From: Candidatus Aminicenantales bacterium | GTDB taxonomy: Bacteria > Acidobacteriota > Aminicenantia > Aminicenantales > Saccharicenantaceae | Direction: 5' to 3' | Assembly: GCA_049512315.1 (NCBI GenBank) | Contig: JBEKXF010000032.1 | Location: 1 to 35,319, forward strand | Length of the DNA: 35,319 bases | Shown: positions 1-8,601 of the stretch, piece after piece | Layout of the letters: each line of letters starts with the position of its first letter | Position numbering within the stretch: the stretch's first letter is position 1 | Translations under genes and position numbers: made by a program | The notes under the pieces: model-generated | Told to the model about the DNA's origin: nothing | The model's input: the letters and a program-made list of their open reading frames with translations, nothing else | Databases searched by the model: none

Positions 1-49
1 CGAAATGGACACCCGCCTCCAACAGTTCTTTCATTGTGACAGAAACCAA
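1..49 (-). CDS. rpsB: 30S ribosomal protein S2, 5' end only (runs off the window)
   Basis: Manual translation from TTG at 49 gives MVSVTMKELLEAGVHF, the S2 N-terminal signature. GGAGG SD lies upstream. Follows rplM-rpsI. Not in the ORF track. Confidence 0.95.
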   Translation of the reverse strand, partial: MVSVTMKELLEAGVHF

Positions 50-71
50 CTCGAGCCTCCCCTATCCGATG

Positions 72-476
72 TTACCGCTTATGGTACTGTGGAGCTTTGC
101 GAGCGCCCAGCAACCCATATTTCTTGCGTTCCTTGACCCGCGCGTCCCTCGTCAGCAAGCTGGCCTGTTTGAGTACGGGCCTGAGCTCCCGGTTGAACTC
201 CACGAGGGCCCGGGCGATGCCGAGCCGGATGGCCTCGGCCTGTCCCTTGGCCCCGCCGCCGCTGACGCGCATGAAGATGTCGAACTTGTTGTCCGTCTCC
301 GTGAGCACGAGCGGCTGCCGGATGATGAACCGGTGGGCATCCAGGCGGAAATATTCGGTATACGGCCGCGGCCGCTTATTGACGTATAGCGTGATGTCGC
401 CCTTCCCGGACCGGAGAAAGACCCGGGCGATCGACGATTTCCTTTTTCCCGTCCCGTAATATTGGATTAGACTCAA
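72..476 (-). CDS. rpsI: 30S ribosomal protein S9
   Basis: C-terminal part of ORF 72..872: [14 protein letters not shown]...[18 protein letters not shown]...[15 protein letters not shown]. Start placed at TTG 476, behind a GGAGG that overlaps the rplM stop. Confidence 0.96.
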   Translation of the reverse strand: MSLIQYYGTGKRKSSIARVFLRSGKGDITLYVNKRPRPYTEYFRLDAHRFIIRQPLVLTETDNKFDIFMRVSGGGAKGQAEAIRLGIARALVEFNRELRPVLKQASLLTRDARVKERKKYGLLGARKAPQYHKR

Positions 477-484
477 GATGCCTC

Positions 485-913
485 CTAGATCTGGTATTCC
501 TGGGGGTTTTGGGCTTCGTGCGGGTGGCTCGGTCCCCGGTAGACTTTGAGCTTCTTGTAGATGGCCCGGCCGAGCTTGCCCTTCGGGATCATCCCCCAGA
601 CCGCTTTCTTGATGACCTCTTCCGGCTTCCTCTCGAGGAGGTCCTTGAGCGTCTCTTCCTTGAGCCCCCCGGGGTATTGCGAATGGGAGTAATAGGTCTT
701 CTGGTCGAGCTTCCGGCCGGTGACCTTGACTTTCTCGGCGTTGACCACGACCACGAAGTCCCCGGTGTCCAGATGGCTGGTGAATATGGGCTTTTTCTTC
801 CCCCGGAGCAGGTCTGCGACTTCGGTGGCCAGGCGGCCGAGGATCTTCCCCTCGGCGTTGACCAGCCACCACTTCTGTTCGATATCGTCCTTTTTTGGAA
901 TAAACGTCCTCAT
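485..913 (-). CDS. rplM: 50S ribosomal protein L13
   Basis: [43 protein letters not shown]...HSQYPGG...HPHEAQNP. Confidence 0.98.
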   Translation of the reverse strand: MRTFIPKKDDIEQKWWLVNAEGKILGRLATEVADLLRGKKKPIFTSHLDTGDFVVVVNAEKVKVTGRKLDQKTYYSHSQYPGGLKEETLKDLLERKPEEVIKKAVWGMIPKGKLGRAIYKKLKVYRGPSHPHEAQNPQEYQI

Positions 914-951
914 GAGCTTCTAACCTTTAAGCAGAAATTCAGTGATGCACT

Positions 952-980
952 AAAATACTAAATCTAAAGGAAATTGTCAA
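952..980 (-). promoter_or_regulatory. sigma70-type promoter of rplM-rpsI-rpsB
   Basis: TTGACA (980-975), 17 nt, TATTTT (957-952) in an AT-rich spacer. Confidence 0.65.
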
Positions 981-1038
981 CTTATTCGGTTTCCGCCCGG
1001 TTTCCCGGCCCAGGCGGGCTCTGCGGCAGCCCGCTCCG

Positions 1039-1695
1039 TCACGCCCGCCTCCCGGCTTTTCGCCGGACCGCTACGAGGACGATCCCGATACCCGTCAGGA
1101 AGCCGCCGACATGGGCGAACCAGGCGACGCCGCCGCCCATTCCGACGTTCAGGAGCTGGGCCACGAACCAGAGCCCCAGGACGATCGCGGCGGGGACGCG
1201 GACGATGAAGACAAAGACGAGGGTCAGGACCCGGGCCCCGGGGAAAAGGACCAAGTAGGCGCCGAGAACGCCGGCGATCGCCCCGCTCGCCCCGATCATG
1301 GGCACTTGAGAGGCCGGGGTCGCCGCGACCTGGGTCAGGCCCGCGGCCAGGCCGCAGGCGAGGTAAAAAAGAACGAAACGGAAGCTCCCCAATACGTCTT
1401 CGATGTTGTTGCCGAAGATCCAGAGGTAAAGCATGTTCCCCAGGAGATGGAAGAGGCTCCCGTGGACGAACAGGCTCGTGAGCAGGGAGAGGAACGGCGG
1501 GACCCGGAGGGCCTGGTCAAGGGACCGGAAATGGGTGATCTCGTAGGGGATGGAGCCGAACCGCAGGGCGCTCATCTGAAGCCCCTGCGGGGAGAAGGCC
1601 CCAAGGCAGAAAACGAGGACGTTGACCGCGATCAGGGACAGCGTGATATAAGGCACCCGGGACGTCGGGTTTTCATCGCGGAGCGGAATGAACAT
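1039..1695 (-). CDS. Rhomboid-family intramembrane serine protease
   Basis: MFIPLRDENP start, H..GNMLYLWIFGNNIED, catalytic GASG and AHVGGF, several TM helices. Confidence 0.95.
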   Translation of the reverse strand: MFIPLRDENPTSRVPYITLSLIAVNVLVFCLGAFSPQGLQMSALRFGSIPYEITHFRSLDQALRVPPFLSLLTSLFVHGSLFHLLGNMLYLWIFGNNIEDVLGSFRFVLFYLACGLAAGLTQVAATPASQVPMIGASGAIAGVLGAYLVLFPGARVLTLVFVFIVRVPAAIVLGLWFVAQLLNVGMGGGVAWFAHVGGFLTGIGIVLVAVRRKAGRRA

Positions 1696-1778
1696 CGGTT
1701 TTCAGCGCGCCCAGGGCCAAAAAAATTGCGCCCTGCCCCACCGGGAGCAGAGCGCAAGCTTCGGTCGTCCCTCGGGGA

Positions 1779-2783
1779 TCAGCCTGTCTTCTTCAGTTCT
1801 TCTTCGAGCTTCTTCCGTTCGGCCAGCCGTTTCCTCAGGTCCTGGAACTTTTCGATCGCCTTGTCGGCCTCGGCGATGTAGCGGGTCTCCTTCTCGGGCT
1901 CGAGCTTGGAGAGCGTGCTTCTGTAGAGGACGCTGAGGTAGGCGTACGGCTCCGGATAGTTCGGGTCGATGGTAATGGCCTTCTGGAGGGTCTTCAGGCA
2001 CTCGTTGGCGGTTGCCAGTCTCTGTTCCTGCGGAATGAACTGGAAGCGGTAGGCCCTGCTCCATTGGTTGATACCCTTGGCCAGCCAGGCTTCGGCGGAA
2101 TTGGGCTGCAGGATAAGGATCCTGTCCCGGTATTCGGCGGCCGTCTCGAAGTATTTCAGGAGGATGTTCGGGTCGGAGGCCTGGAGGGATTCCAGGTAGC
2201 TGGCCATATACGCGTAGCCCTGGGGGTTCTCCGGGTCCGTCTCGATCCGGCGGAGGTACATGGATTCGGCCTTCTGGGCGATCTCCTTCTTCTCCCCGGC
2301 GTATCTCTTGTAGAACTCGGCGACGACGTAGTAGTTGCTCATGTTGGTGGGGTCGAGCTCGATGATGCGGAGGTAGAGCTTCTCGGCCTGGTCGAAGCTC
2401 CTCAGCTTGTCGTACATGTCGCCCAGGGAGTAAATGATGTCCTTGTTGTTGGGCTCGATCGCCAGGGCCTTGTTCAGCGCGTCCAGGGCTTTGGTTTTCT
2501 TGTCGTTGTTCTCCGGGTTGTCGACGCCGGGCTTGTACAGCTGCTTGTAGCTCTCCCCGAGGAACCGGTAGGCCTCGACCATCTGGGGGTTGTTCTTCAG
2601 GGTCAGCTCGTACTCGGTGATGGCTTTACGATACTGGTTGTCGGTGAAAAAGCGGTTGGCTTTGGCGAAATGATAATTGGCGGAAAGCTTGGAGACGCTC
2701 AGCTTATCACACGCGGTGAAGGCGAAAACGAGAGCGAGAGCGACGACGGCGAGGAGAAGACCGTTGGTCCTTTTACGAAACAT
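1779..2783 (-). CDS. TPR-repeat lipoprotein
   Basis: Lipobox-like AFTA-C after a hydrophobic stretch, repeated TPR-type helices (A...EPNN, DP.N, DPNY), AGGAGG SD. Confidence 0.85.
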   Translation of the reverse strand: MFRKRTNGLLLAVVALALVFAFTACDKLSVSKLSANYHFAKANRFFTDNQYRKAITEYELTLKNNPQMVEAYRFLGESYKQLYKPGVDNPENNDKKTKALDALNKALAIEPNNKDIIYSLGDMYDKLRSFDQAEKLYLRIIELDPTNMSNYYVVAEFYKRYAGEKKEIAQKAESMYLRRIETDPENPQGYAYMASYLESLQASDPNILLKYFETAAEYRDRILILQPNSAEAWLAKGINQWSRAYRFQFIPQEQRLATANECLKTLQKAITIDPNYPEPYAYLSVLYRSTLSKLEPEKETRYIAEADKAIEKFQDLRKRLAERKKLEEELKKTG

Positions 2784-2841
2784 CCTGACCTCCTTATATT
2801 CTGGTCATCACTTCTTCGGAAGGACAGAAGGACAAAGATAT

Positions 2842-2870
2842 TTTATAAACCAACGGGCCCCCAAAGTCAA
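2842..2870 (-). promoter_or_regulatory. Putative sigma70 promoter of the TPR/rhomboid genes
   Basis: TTGACT, 17 nt, TATAAA. Confidence 0.5.
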
Positions 2871-2902
2871 GGAGAAAGCGGCCATTCGGGAGCCCCCTGG
2901 GC

Positions 2903-3060
2903 CATCACGAGGCCTCCGAGGGAGGCCTCGTGATGACTGCCGCGGTGCTAGCCAGAAGGACCCGCGGCGGCCATCACACCCTCGCCGAGGAAGGCCATGG
3001 GGAAATCTGGAGGATATCGCCACATCGCTTTGCTCCTCGTGATGACTGCCGCGGCGGTCA
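2903..3060. repeat. REP-like palindrome cluster downstream of der
   Basis: Perfect 15-bp hairpin (2903-2917/2921-2935), 20-bp direct repeat CCTCGTGATGACTGCCGCGG (2926-2945, 3035-3054), imperfect hairpin 2930-2977. Confidence 0.75.
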
Positions 3061-4374
3061 GCTGGTCCGGACGAAAAGGCGCAGGGGACTGCCTTCGAAG
3101 CCGAAGGCTTCCCGCAGCAGCTCGAGGAAGTGCCTTTCGTACGACGGGGACAGGGAGCCCCGGCTTCCGATGAAGAGGATGAACGTCGGAGGGAGGACGC
3201 CTTTCTGGGTCATGTAGCGGAGCTTGGCCCTGGCCCCGCTCCTCAGACGGGGCGGATGGGCCTCGGAGGCCCGGGCCAGGAAGTCGTTGAGCCGCGGCGT
3301 CTCGACGCGCCGGGAGGCATTCGCGTAGACCTTTTCCGCCATGTCCAGAATCTTGACGACGCGGTGCCCCGTCAGGGCCGAAACGAAAACGAGGGGGGCA
3401 TAACCGACGAACGAGAGCTTCCGATAGACCGCGTCACGGAAGACCTCGGGATCGACGGACTTGGTGTCCACAAGGTCCCACTTGTTGAGGACAATGACCA
3501 GGGGCTTCCCCGAGTCGTGGGCCATCTGGGCGATATGGGCGTCCTGACGGGTGGGAAACTCCCGGACGTCGAGGACGAGACAGATGACGTCCGCTCCGCG
3601 GATGTTCGCCTGGGCCCGGATGATCCCCGCCTTTTCGCGGCTGTCCCAGGTCCCGCCGAGTTTCCGGATCCCGGCCGTGTCCACCAGGCAGAACGGTTTC
3701 CCGTCGCGGACGATGACCGTGTCGGTGCTGTCCCGGGTCGTCCCGGGGGTTTCGCTGACCAGGAGCCGCTCCTCCCCGACCAGGCGGTTGATGAGCGAGG
3801 ACTTGCCAACGTTGATCCGGCCGACAATGGCGACCCGGAGAGGCTCTTGCTCTTCGCGCGCAGGCGTCCCTTCCGGGAGGGCTGAGGCCAGGGCCTCTTC
3901 GAGGGGACCGATGTTGAGCTTGTGCTCGGCGGAGACGAAGAGGATGTCTTTTTCGCCCAGCCGGTAATACTCGGCCGTCATCGTCTCTTCTTGGACGGGG
4001 GAATCGACCTTGTTGACCACGAGGAGGACGGGCTTGCCGAGCTTTTTCAGCGAGCGAAAGAGATCCTCCTCGGCCGGGGCGATGTCGCGCTTCCCGTCGA
4101 GGACGAAGAGGATGAGGTCGGCCGCCTGGGCCTCGGACCAGGCTCTCTCCCGGACTTTCCCGCTCATGGGATCGTCCTCGACGCCAAAGAGCCCGCCCGT
4201 ATCGACGAGAAGAAAGCTCCGGTCGCCGACCGTGCAGGGCGCCGCCAGGCTGTCACGGGTCATCCCCGGCAGGGAGTGGACGAGGGACTTCTTTTTCCCC
4301 AGGATCCTGTTGAAAAGAGTGGACTTGCCGACGTTCGGGAAACCTACGATGACGACCCGGGGGAGCTTTTTCAC
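3058..4374 (-). CDS. der: Ribosome biogenesis GTPase Der (EngA)
   Basis: Two G-domains (GFPNVGKSTLFN..TRD..DTGG..NKVD and GRINVGKSSLIN..GTTRD..DTAG..NKWD) plus KH-like C-terminus (PPTF..Y.R..FGFEGSP). Confidence 0.97.
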   Translation of the reverse strand: MKKLPRVVIVGFPNVGKSTLFNRILGKKKSLVHSLPGMTRDSLAAPCTVGDRSFLLVDTGGLFGVEDDPMSGKVRERAWSEAQAADLILFVLDGKRDIAPAEEDLFRSLKKLGKPVLLVVNKVDSPVQEETMTAEYYRLGEKDILFVSAEHKLNIGPLEEALASALPEGTPAREEQEPLRVAIVGRINVGKSSLINRLVGEERLLVSETPGTTRDSTDTVIVRDGKPFCLVDTAGIRKLGGTWDSREKAGIIRAQANIRGADVICLVLDVREFPTRQDAHIAQMAHDSGKPLVIVLNKWDLVDTKSVDPEVFRDAVYRKLSFVGYAPLVFVSALTGHRVVKILDMAEKVYANASRRVETPRLNDFLARASEAHPPRLRSGARAKLRYMTQKGVLPPTFILFIGSRGSLSPSYERHFLELLREAFGFEGSPLRLFVRTS

Positions 4375-4387
4375 GGCCGGCCTGGCT

Positions 4388-4981
4388 TCATTTGGCCACG
4401 ATGGAATAGTCGGGGAGGAAGGGCTGTGTCAGGTCGACGTGGCCGCCCAGCGTCTCCTTTTCCGCGCCCTCGACCAGGATGGCCACCTTCTTGACCGATT
4501 TGAAGTTGAAGGTCAGGGTGTCGACCACGGCGTAGACGGCCGAGAGCTCCGACGAGGAACCGTAGGAGAACTTGTCCATGATCTCCCGGCCGAAATCGAC
4601 GTACGCGACGCCCTCCTTGGTGATGAACACCTGACGGACCCGCGTCTCGGCCGGGAGGGGCGAGACGAGAGATCTCGCCGACCCCTTGACGAGCTCGGCC
4701 AGGGCCCGTTCCGCCTCGTCGGCCGCCGACGGTCCTGCGGCGATCTCCCGCGATTCGCCGTGGAGAAAGTCGTCACCGTCGGAGAGGAAGAAGAGGGTCA
4801 CGGTCTTCCGGGCCGCGGTTTCGCCGGCGGGCGGCTGGGCCTTGGGAATGCCGATCTCGGCGAGACGCCGGACCTTTTCCCGCCCGCCGCCGGTGAAAAA
4901 AACGATGACGAGGACGGCCAGGACAACGAGACCCCCCCCCAGGATGATGGCCGGCTTCCACTGGTTCTTTTTATCGGCCAT
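4388..4981 (-). CDS. GerMN-domain membrane-anchored protein
   Basis: N-terminal TM helix; AL.ELVKG..SPLPAETRV..AYVDF..GSSSE..AVYAVVDTL..V.ILVEG..ETLGGHVDL; adjacent to the amidase. Confidence 0.88.
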   Translation of the reverse strand: MADKKNQWKPAIILGGGLVVLAVLVIVFFTGGGREKVRRLAEIGIPKAQPPAGETAARKTVTLFFLSDGDDFLHGESREIAAGPSAADEAERALAELVKGSARSLVSPLPAETRVRQVFITKEGVAYVDFGREIMDKFSYGSSSELSAVYAVVDTLTFNFKSVKKVAILVEGAEKETLGGHVDLTQPFLPDYSIVAK

Positions 4982-4987
4982 GGGTCT

Positions 4988-5815
4988 TCACGGATAGAGT
5001 TGGAGGTATTTCGTGAGGCCGCGATAGATGGCCTCGGCGACACTCGCCTGGAACGCGTCCGAGGCGAGCTTCTTCTCTTCCTCGGGGTTGGAGATGAAGG
5101 CCGCCTCGACAAGGACGGCGGGACAGGCGGCCCCCGTCAGGACCTTGAACGGGGCCTGCTTGATGCCCCGGTTCCTCGTCCCCAGGAGCGAGTTCAGCTC
5201 GGCCTGGATTATCTCGGCCAGCTGGCTGCTCTGGCGGATGTAGGCGGTCTGGGCCATGTCCCAGAGGATCATCTTGACGTCATCTTCGCTCGTCTTGTCC
5301 ACGTGACCCTCGATCCGGGAGGAGTTGTTCTCGAGGTAGGCCAGCCGCCGAATCTCCTCGTCCGGGGTTGCCCCGGTGCTCAGGAAGAACGTTTCCGAGC
5401 CTTCGGCGCTTTTCTGGCGGGAGCTGTTGGTGTGGATGCTGATGAAGACGTCCGCTTTCTGGTTGTTGGCGATGGCGGACCGGCTCTCGAGCGGGACGTC
5501 CATGTCCTTGTCCCTGGTCAGGACGACCTGGAAGGCCATATTCTTCTCGATCATGGCTTTGAGCTTGAGGGCGATGGCCAGAGTGATATCCTTCTCGACA
5601 GTCCCCAGCTTGCCCTTGGCCCCGAGCTCGATCCCCCCGTGCCCGGGGTCGATGACTACGGTCCGCGGTTTCCGGGCGTCTGAGCGGGAGCGGGCGCCGG
5701 GATCGCCGGCCGCCTGGGAAAAGGCGGGCCTGGTCAGGCCGGCGAGGATGACCAGGGAAAGCAGGAGGCGGCCGCGCCCGGCTTTCCGTTGTTTATCCGT
5801 CAGGAAGTTCTTCAA
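4988..5815 (-). CDS. N-acetylmuramoyl-L-alanine amidase (Amidase_3, AmiA/AmiC-like), start uncertain
   Basis: VVIDPGHGG, EKDITL, LTRDKD, FISIHTN, QAPFKVL, PAVLVEAAFISNPEE; signal-peptide-like N-terminus. Confidence 0.93.
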   Translation of the reverse strand: MKNFLTDKQRKAGRGRLLLSLVILAGLTRPAFSQAAGDPGARSRSDARKPRTVVIDPGHGGIELGAKGKLGTVEKDITLAIALKLKAMIEKNMAFQVVLTRDKDMDVPLESRSAIANNQKADVFISIHTNSSRQKSAEGSETFFLSTGATPDEEIRRLAYLENNSSRIEGHVDKTSEDDVKMILWDMAQTAYIRQSSQLAEIIQAELNSLLGTRNRGIKQAPFKVLTGAACPAVLVEAAFISNPEEEKKLASDAFQASVAEAIYRGLTKYLQLYP

Positions 5816-5824
5816 TTTCGGGTC

Positions 5825-6176
5825 TGGTGGAGGCGGCGGGAATCGAACCCGCGTCCGAAGGCATTCAACAGCAGGTGCCTACATGCTTATCCTCTTCAGC
5901 TTTCTCGTCCCGCGGCGCCCGAAGAGGAAGGACCCCGAAGGACCAGCCCCGAAGGTGTTTCGCTCGCCGGCCTCAGGGCGAAACCGGTTCGCTATCCTGC
6001 TGGGTCGGCGCTCCCGAAACCCCGCAGGAGAGGGCCCCGGGAACGGCGTGCCTTTCTATCAGGCCGCGACTGCTAAAGGTTCTGCAGTTAAATTTTTTCC
6101 ACCGGTTTAACGAGGTGGGTGGGACCTCGGCATGCCACTTGTGTCTCACTACCTCCGTCGAGACCAATTCGCCCCC
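5825..6176 (-). ncRNA. ssrA: tmRNA (one-piece, ~352 nt); tag peptide (A)AEPLAVAA at 6085-6059
   Basis: 5' GGGGGCG pairs with 3' CGCCUCC-ACCA including the G3:U Ala determinant; T-arm GCGGGTTCGATTCCCGC; GCATGCCGAG motif; TAACT-GCA resume context with tandem TGA TAG stops. Confidence 0.97.
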
Positions 6177-6193
6177 ATACTCCTTTCCATTTC

Positions 6194-6222
6194 ATTATAG
6201 GGGGCTCGGCCGGGGGTGTCAA
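6194..6222 (-). promoter_or_regulatory. Consensus sigma70 promoter of ssrA
   Basis: TTGACA (6222-6217), 17 nt, TATAAT (6199-6194). Confidence 0.9.
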
Positions 6223-6234
6223 CCGGAGGAGCCC

Positions 6235-7050
6235 TCACCGGATCGGACCGGCGGGGAGGCCGGCTTTTCTCCGGAAATACGGAAGACCTGCGACCCACCT
6301 GAGAAAGGCGGACATCGGGGCGCACCTCATCGGGACGGCGATCAGGCGGTTCTTCAGGCCGGGGATGCAGACGACCTTCCGGCGGCCGAGCGCCCGGAGG
6401 GAGATCCGGACGACGTCCCCGGCGGACATCCACATGAATCCGGGGATGCGGGACTTGTCCATCCGGATGACCTCGTGAAACTCCGTGTGCGTCATGCCGG
6501 GGCAGAGGGCCTGGAGCCGGACTCCCGTTCCCGCCAGCTCGTACTGGAGATTCTCGGAGAAACTGACCAGGAAAGCTTTGGTGGCGCTGTAGACCGGCCC
6601 CGAAAGGGGCGAAAAAGCGGCCATCGAGGCCACGTTGACGATCCACCCCCGGCGGCGGAGGATCATGCCGTCCAGGGCGGCCCGGGTCAGGCGGATGGAC
6701 GCGGCCGTATGGACCTGGATCATGGAGAGATAGGTCCCGATCTGCGTTCTCGAAAACGGCCCCGGGCTCCCGAAGCCGGCGTTGTTGACGAGGAGGTCGA
6801 GGGTCTCGTCGGCCGCGATCCGGCCTTCGACCCGCTGGAGGTCCTCGTCCTTCTCAAGGTCGGCCTGGAGGGCCTCGACGGTGACGCCATGCCGCTCCGC
6901 CAGCTCCGCGGCGAGCGCGTCCAGCTTCTCTTTCCGGCGGGCGACGAGGATGAGGTTCGAGCCGGCGGCGGCGAGCGCCGCGGCGAACTCGGCCCCCATT
7001 CCGGCCGAGGCGCCCGTGATCAGCGCGGTCCTGAAGGTCGATGCGGTCAT
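6235..7050 (-). CDS. Short-chain dehydrogenase/reductase (DltE-like SDR)
   Basis: TGASAGMG, LVARR, NNAGFG, VAS, YSATK; start moved to ATG 7050 behind AGGAGG. Confidence 0.93.
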   Translation of the reverse strand: MTASTFRTALITGASAGMGAEFAAALAAAGSNLILVARRKEKLDALAAELAERHGVTVEALQADLEKDEDLQRVEGRIAADETLDLLVNNAGFGSPGPFSRTQIGTYLSMIQVHTAASIRLTRAALDGMILRRRGWIVNVASMAAFSPLSGPVYSATKAFLVSFSENLQYELAGTGVRLQALCPGMTHTEFHEVIRMDKSRIPGFMWMSAGDVVRISLRALGRRKVVCIPGLKNRLIAVPMRCAPMSAFLRWVAGLPYFRRKAGLPAGPIR

Positions 7051-7100
7051 GGCAGTCCTCCTATCGCTCATGTTAGGCCGGCCAGGAAGGCCCGGGAGGA

Positions 7101-8282
7101 TCAGCCGGGATCTTCATCGCGGTGATCTTCATAGCCGTTCCCTTCCCCCAGGACCGCATGCACCTTGGGCATCCACCGTCGGACGGGGATTTTCTGGGGA
7201 CATTTCTCCTCGCAGACGCCGCATTGGGTGCACGCGCCGGCCCTCTCGGCCTCGGTCAGGAACCTCGAATAAAGGGCGCGGCTGGTGCCCGGGTCCTCGT
7301 GGATATAGCCGCCATTGTACAGGTCGAAATTCCGGGGGATGTTGACCCCGTTCGGGCAGGGCATGCAGTAGCCGCAGTTCGTGCAGGGGATGGGAATTTT
7401 CCCGAGGTAGGCCTGGCGGACTTCATCGACCAGCCGGGATTCATCCGCTCCCAGGGAATGGACAGCGGACTTCTCCGCGGAGCGGAGGTTTTCCTCCACC
7501 TGGCCGGGTGTCGTCATCCCGCTCAGGACGACGGAAACCTCCGGCTGGTCCCAGACCCACTGCAGGGCCAGGTCGGCGGGAGAGCGCGCCGGGTCGAAGC
7601 GGTCGAAGATCTCCCGGACGGGCCGGGGCGGGTTGGCCAGCCGGCCGCCGAGCAGCGGCTCCATGACGACGACGGCCAGGCCCTTCGATGCGGCGTATAT
7701 CAGCCCCTCCGTTCCTGCTTGACTCTCCGTGTCCATGTAATTGTACTGGACCTGACAGAGCGTCCAGCCGCCGTAGCCGTCGACGATCTCCCGAAAAACC
7801 TCGGGCTTGTCGTGGAAGGAGAAGCCGACGTGCCCGACCCTGCCGTCCTTCACGGCGGACTCCGCCCTGCGCAGGACGCCAAGCTCGCGGACGGAATCCC
7901 AGCGTGGCTTGTTCAGGGCATGGAGGAGGTAAAAATCGATGTGCCCCGTCCCTAATCGGGTCAGCTGTTCGTCGAGATAGACGTCGAAATCCTCCGCCCG
8001 CCGAATCAGCCACACGGGGGACTTCGTCGCCAGCCGGACTTTCGCCCGATAGCCGGCCCTCAGGGCTTCGCCCACGACGGCCTCGCCGGCCCCGTTGTGA
8101 TAGGGGTAGGCCGTGTCGATGTAATTGACCCCGCGGTCGACCGCGGTCCGGATCATCCGGATCGCCGTCTCTTTGTCGATCTTCTCGCTTTGCGGCGCCC
8201 CGTCGAAAGTCGGCAGCCGCATGCCCCCGAAGCCGAGGGCGGAAACCTTCCAGCCGGTCCGGCCGAACGCTCTGAATTGCAT
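7101..8282 (-). CDS. Aldo/keto reductase with C-terminal 4Fe-4S ferredoxin-type domain
   Basis: LGFGGMRLP, GVNYIDTAYPY, ATKSP, YLLH, MEPLLGG; CTNCGYCMPCP and CTQCGVCEEKCPQ; start ATG 8282 behind GGAGA. Confidence 0.93.
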   Translation of the reverse strand: MQFRAFGRTGWKVSALGFGGMRLPTFDGAPQSEKIDKETAIRMIRTAVDRGVNYIDTAYPYHNGAGEAVVGEALRAGYRAKVRLATKSPVWLIRRAEDFDVYLDEQLTRLGTGHIDFYLLHALNKPRWDSVRELGVLRRAESAVKDGRVGHVGFSFHDKPEVFREIVDGYGGWTLCQVQYNYMDTESQAGTEGLIYAASKGLAVVVMEPLLGGRLANPPRPVREIFDRFDPARSPADLALQWVWDQPEVSVVLSGMTTPGQVEENLRSAEKSAVHSLGADESRLVDEVRQAYLGKIPIPCTNCGYCMPCPNGVNIPRNFDLYNGGYIHEDPGTSRALYSRFLTEAERAGACTQCGVCEEKCPQKIPVRRWMPKVHAVLGEGNGYEDHRDEDPG

Positions 8283-8363
8283 GGTCACATCTCTCCGGAC
8301 TATTATACAGGATGACGCGTCAGCCATCGCCGGGGGATTTTGGGCAGAGCATCTCCACTCCGG

Positions 8364-8392
8364 TTGAAAACACCGCCGCCGGAGGCTATATT
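8364..8392 (+). promoter_or_regulatory. Putative promoter of the small gene at 8421
   Basis: TTGAAA, 17 nt, TATATT, followed by strong SD AAGGAGGGAGGT. Confidence 0.55.
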
Positions 8393-8420
8393 GATAAGAA
8401 GATCAAGGAGGGAGGTGCAC

Positions 8421-8591
8421 ATGCCCATCGAATTGAGCCGTGAGGAAAAGGACCTGCTGGTCGGTCTTCTGGAGAAGGAGATGGACGAAACTCGCACCGA
8501 GATCCACCACACCGAGGGCTACGACTACAAGGAAAGCCTCAGGGCGCGGGAGAAGCTCCTCCAGGCCCTTCTCGGCCGGCTAAGGACCTAG
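8421..8591 (+). CDS. Small (56 aa) helical hypothetical protein
   Basis: Strong SD, own promoter, host-like codon use; MPIELSREEKDLLVGLLEKEMDETRTEIHHTE..DYKESL. Confidence 0.8.
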   Translation: MPIELSREEKDLLVGLLEKEMDETRTEIHHTEGYDYKESLRAREKLLQALLGRLRT

Positions 8592-8601
8592 CCGCCCATC
8601 G

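Noticed and set aside
477..872. N-terminally extended 266-aa S9
   Set aside because: The extension overlaps rplM out of frame; the real start is TTG 476 with an SD.
2903..3060. Possible mini CRISPR array
   Set aside because: Only two 20-bp copies 109 nt apart, no regular spacers, no cas genes; REP-like instead.
5815..5870. Island integrated at the ssrA 3' end
   Set aside because: No duplicate of the tmRNA 3' end or integrase in the window; core genes follow directly.
4010..7125. Long plus-strand ORFs 4010..5683 and 5827..7125
   Set aside because: Antisense shadows of real GC-rich genes and tmRNA; no recognisable motifs.
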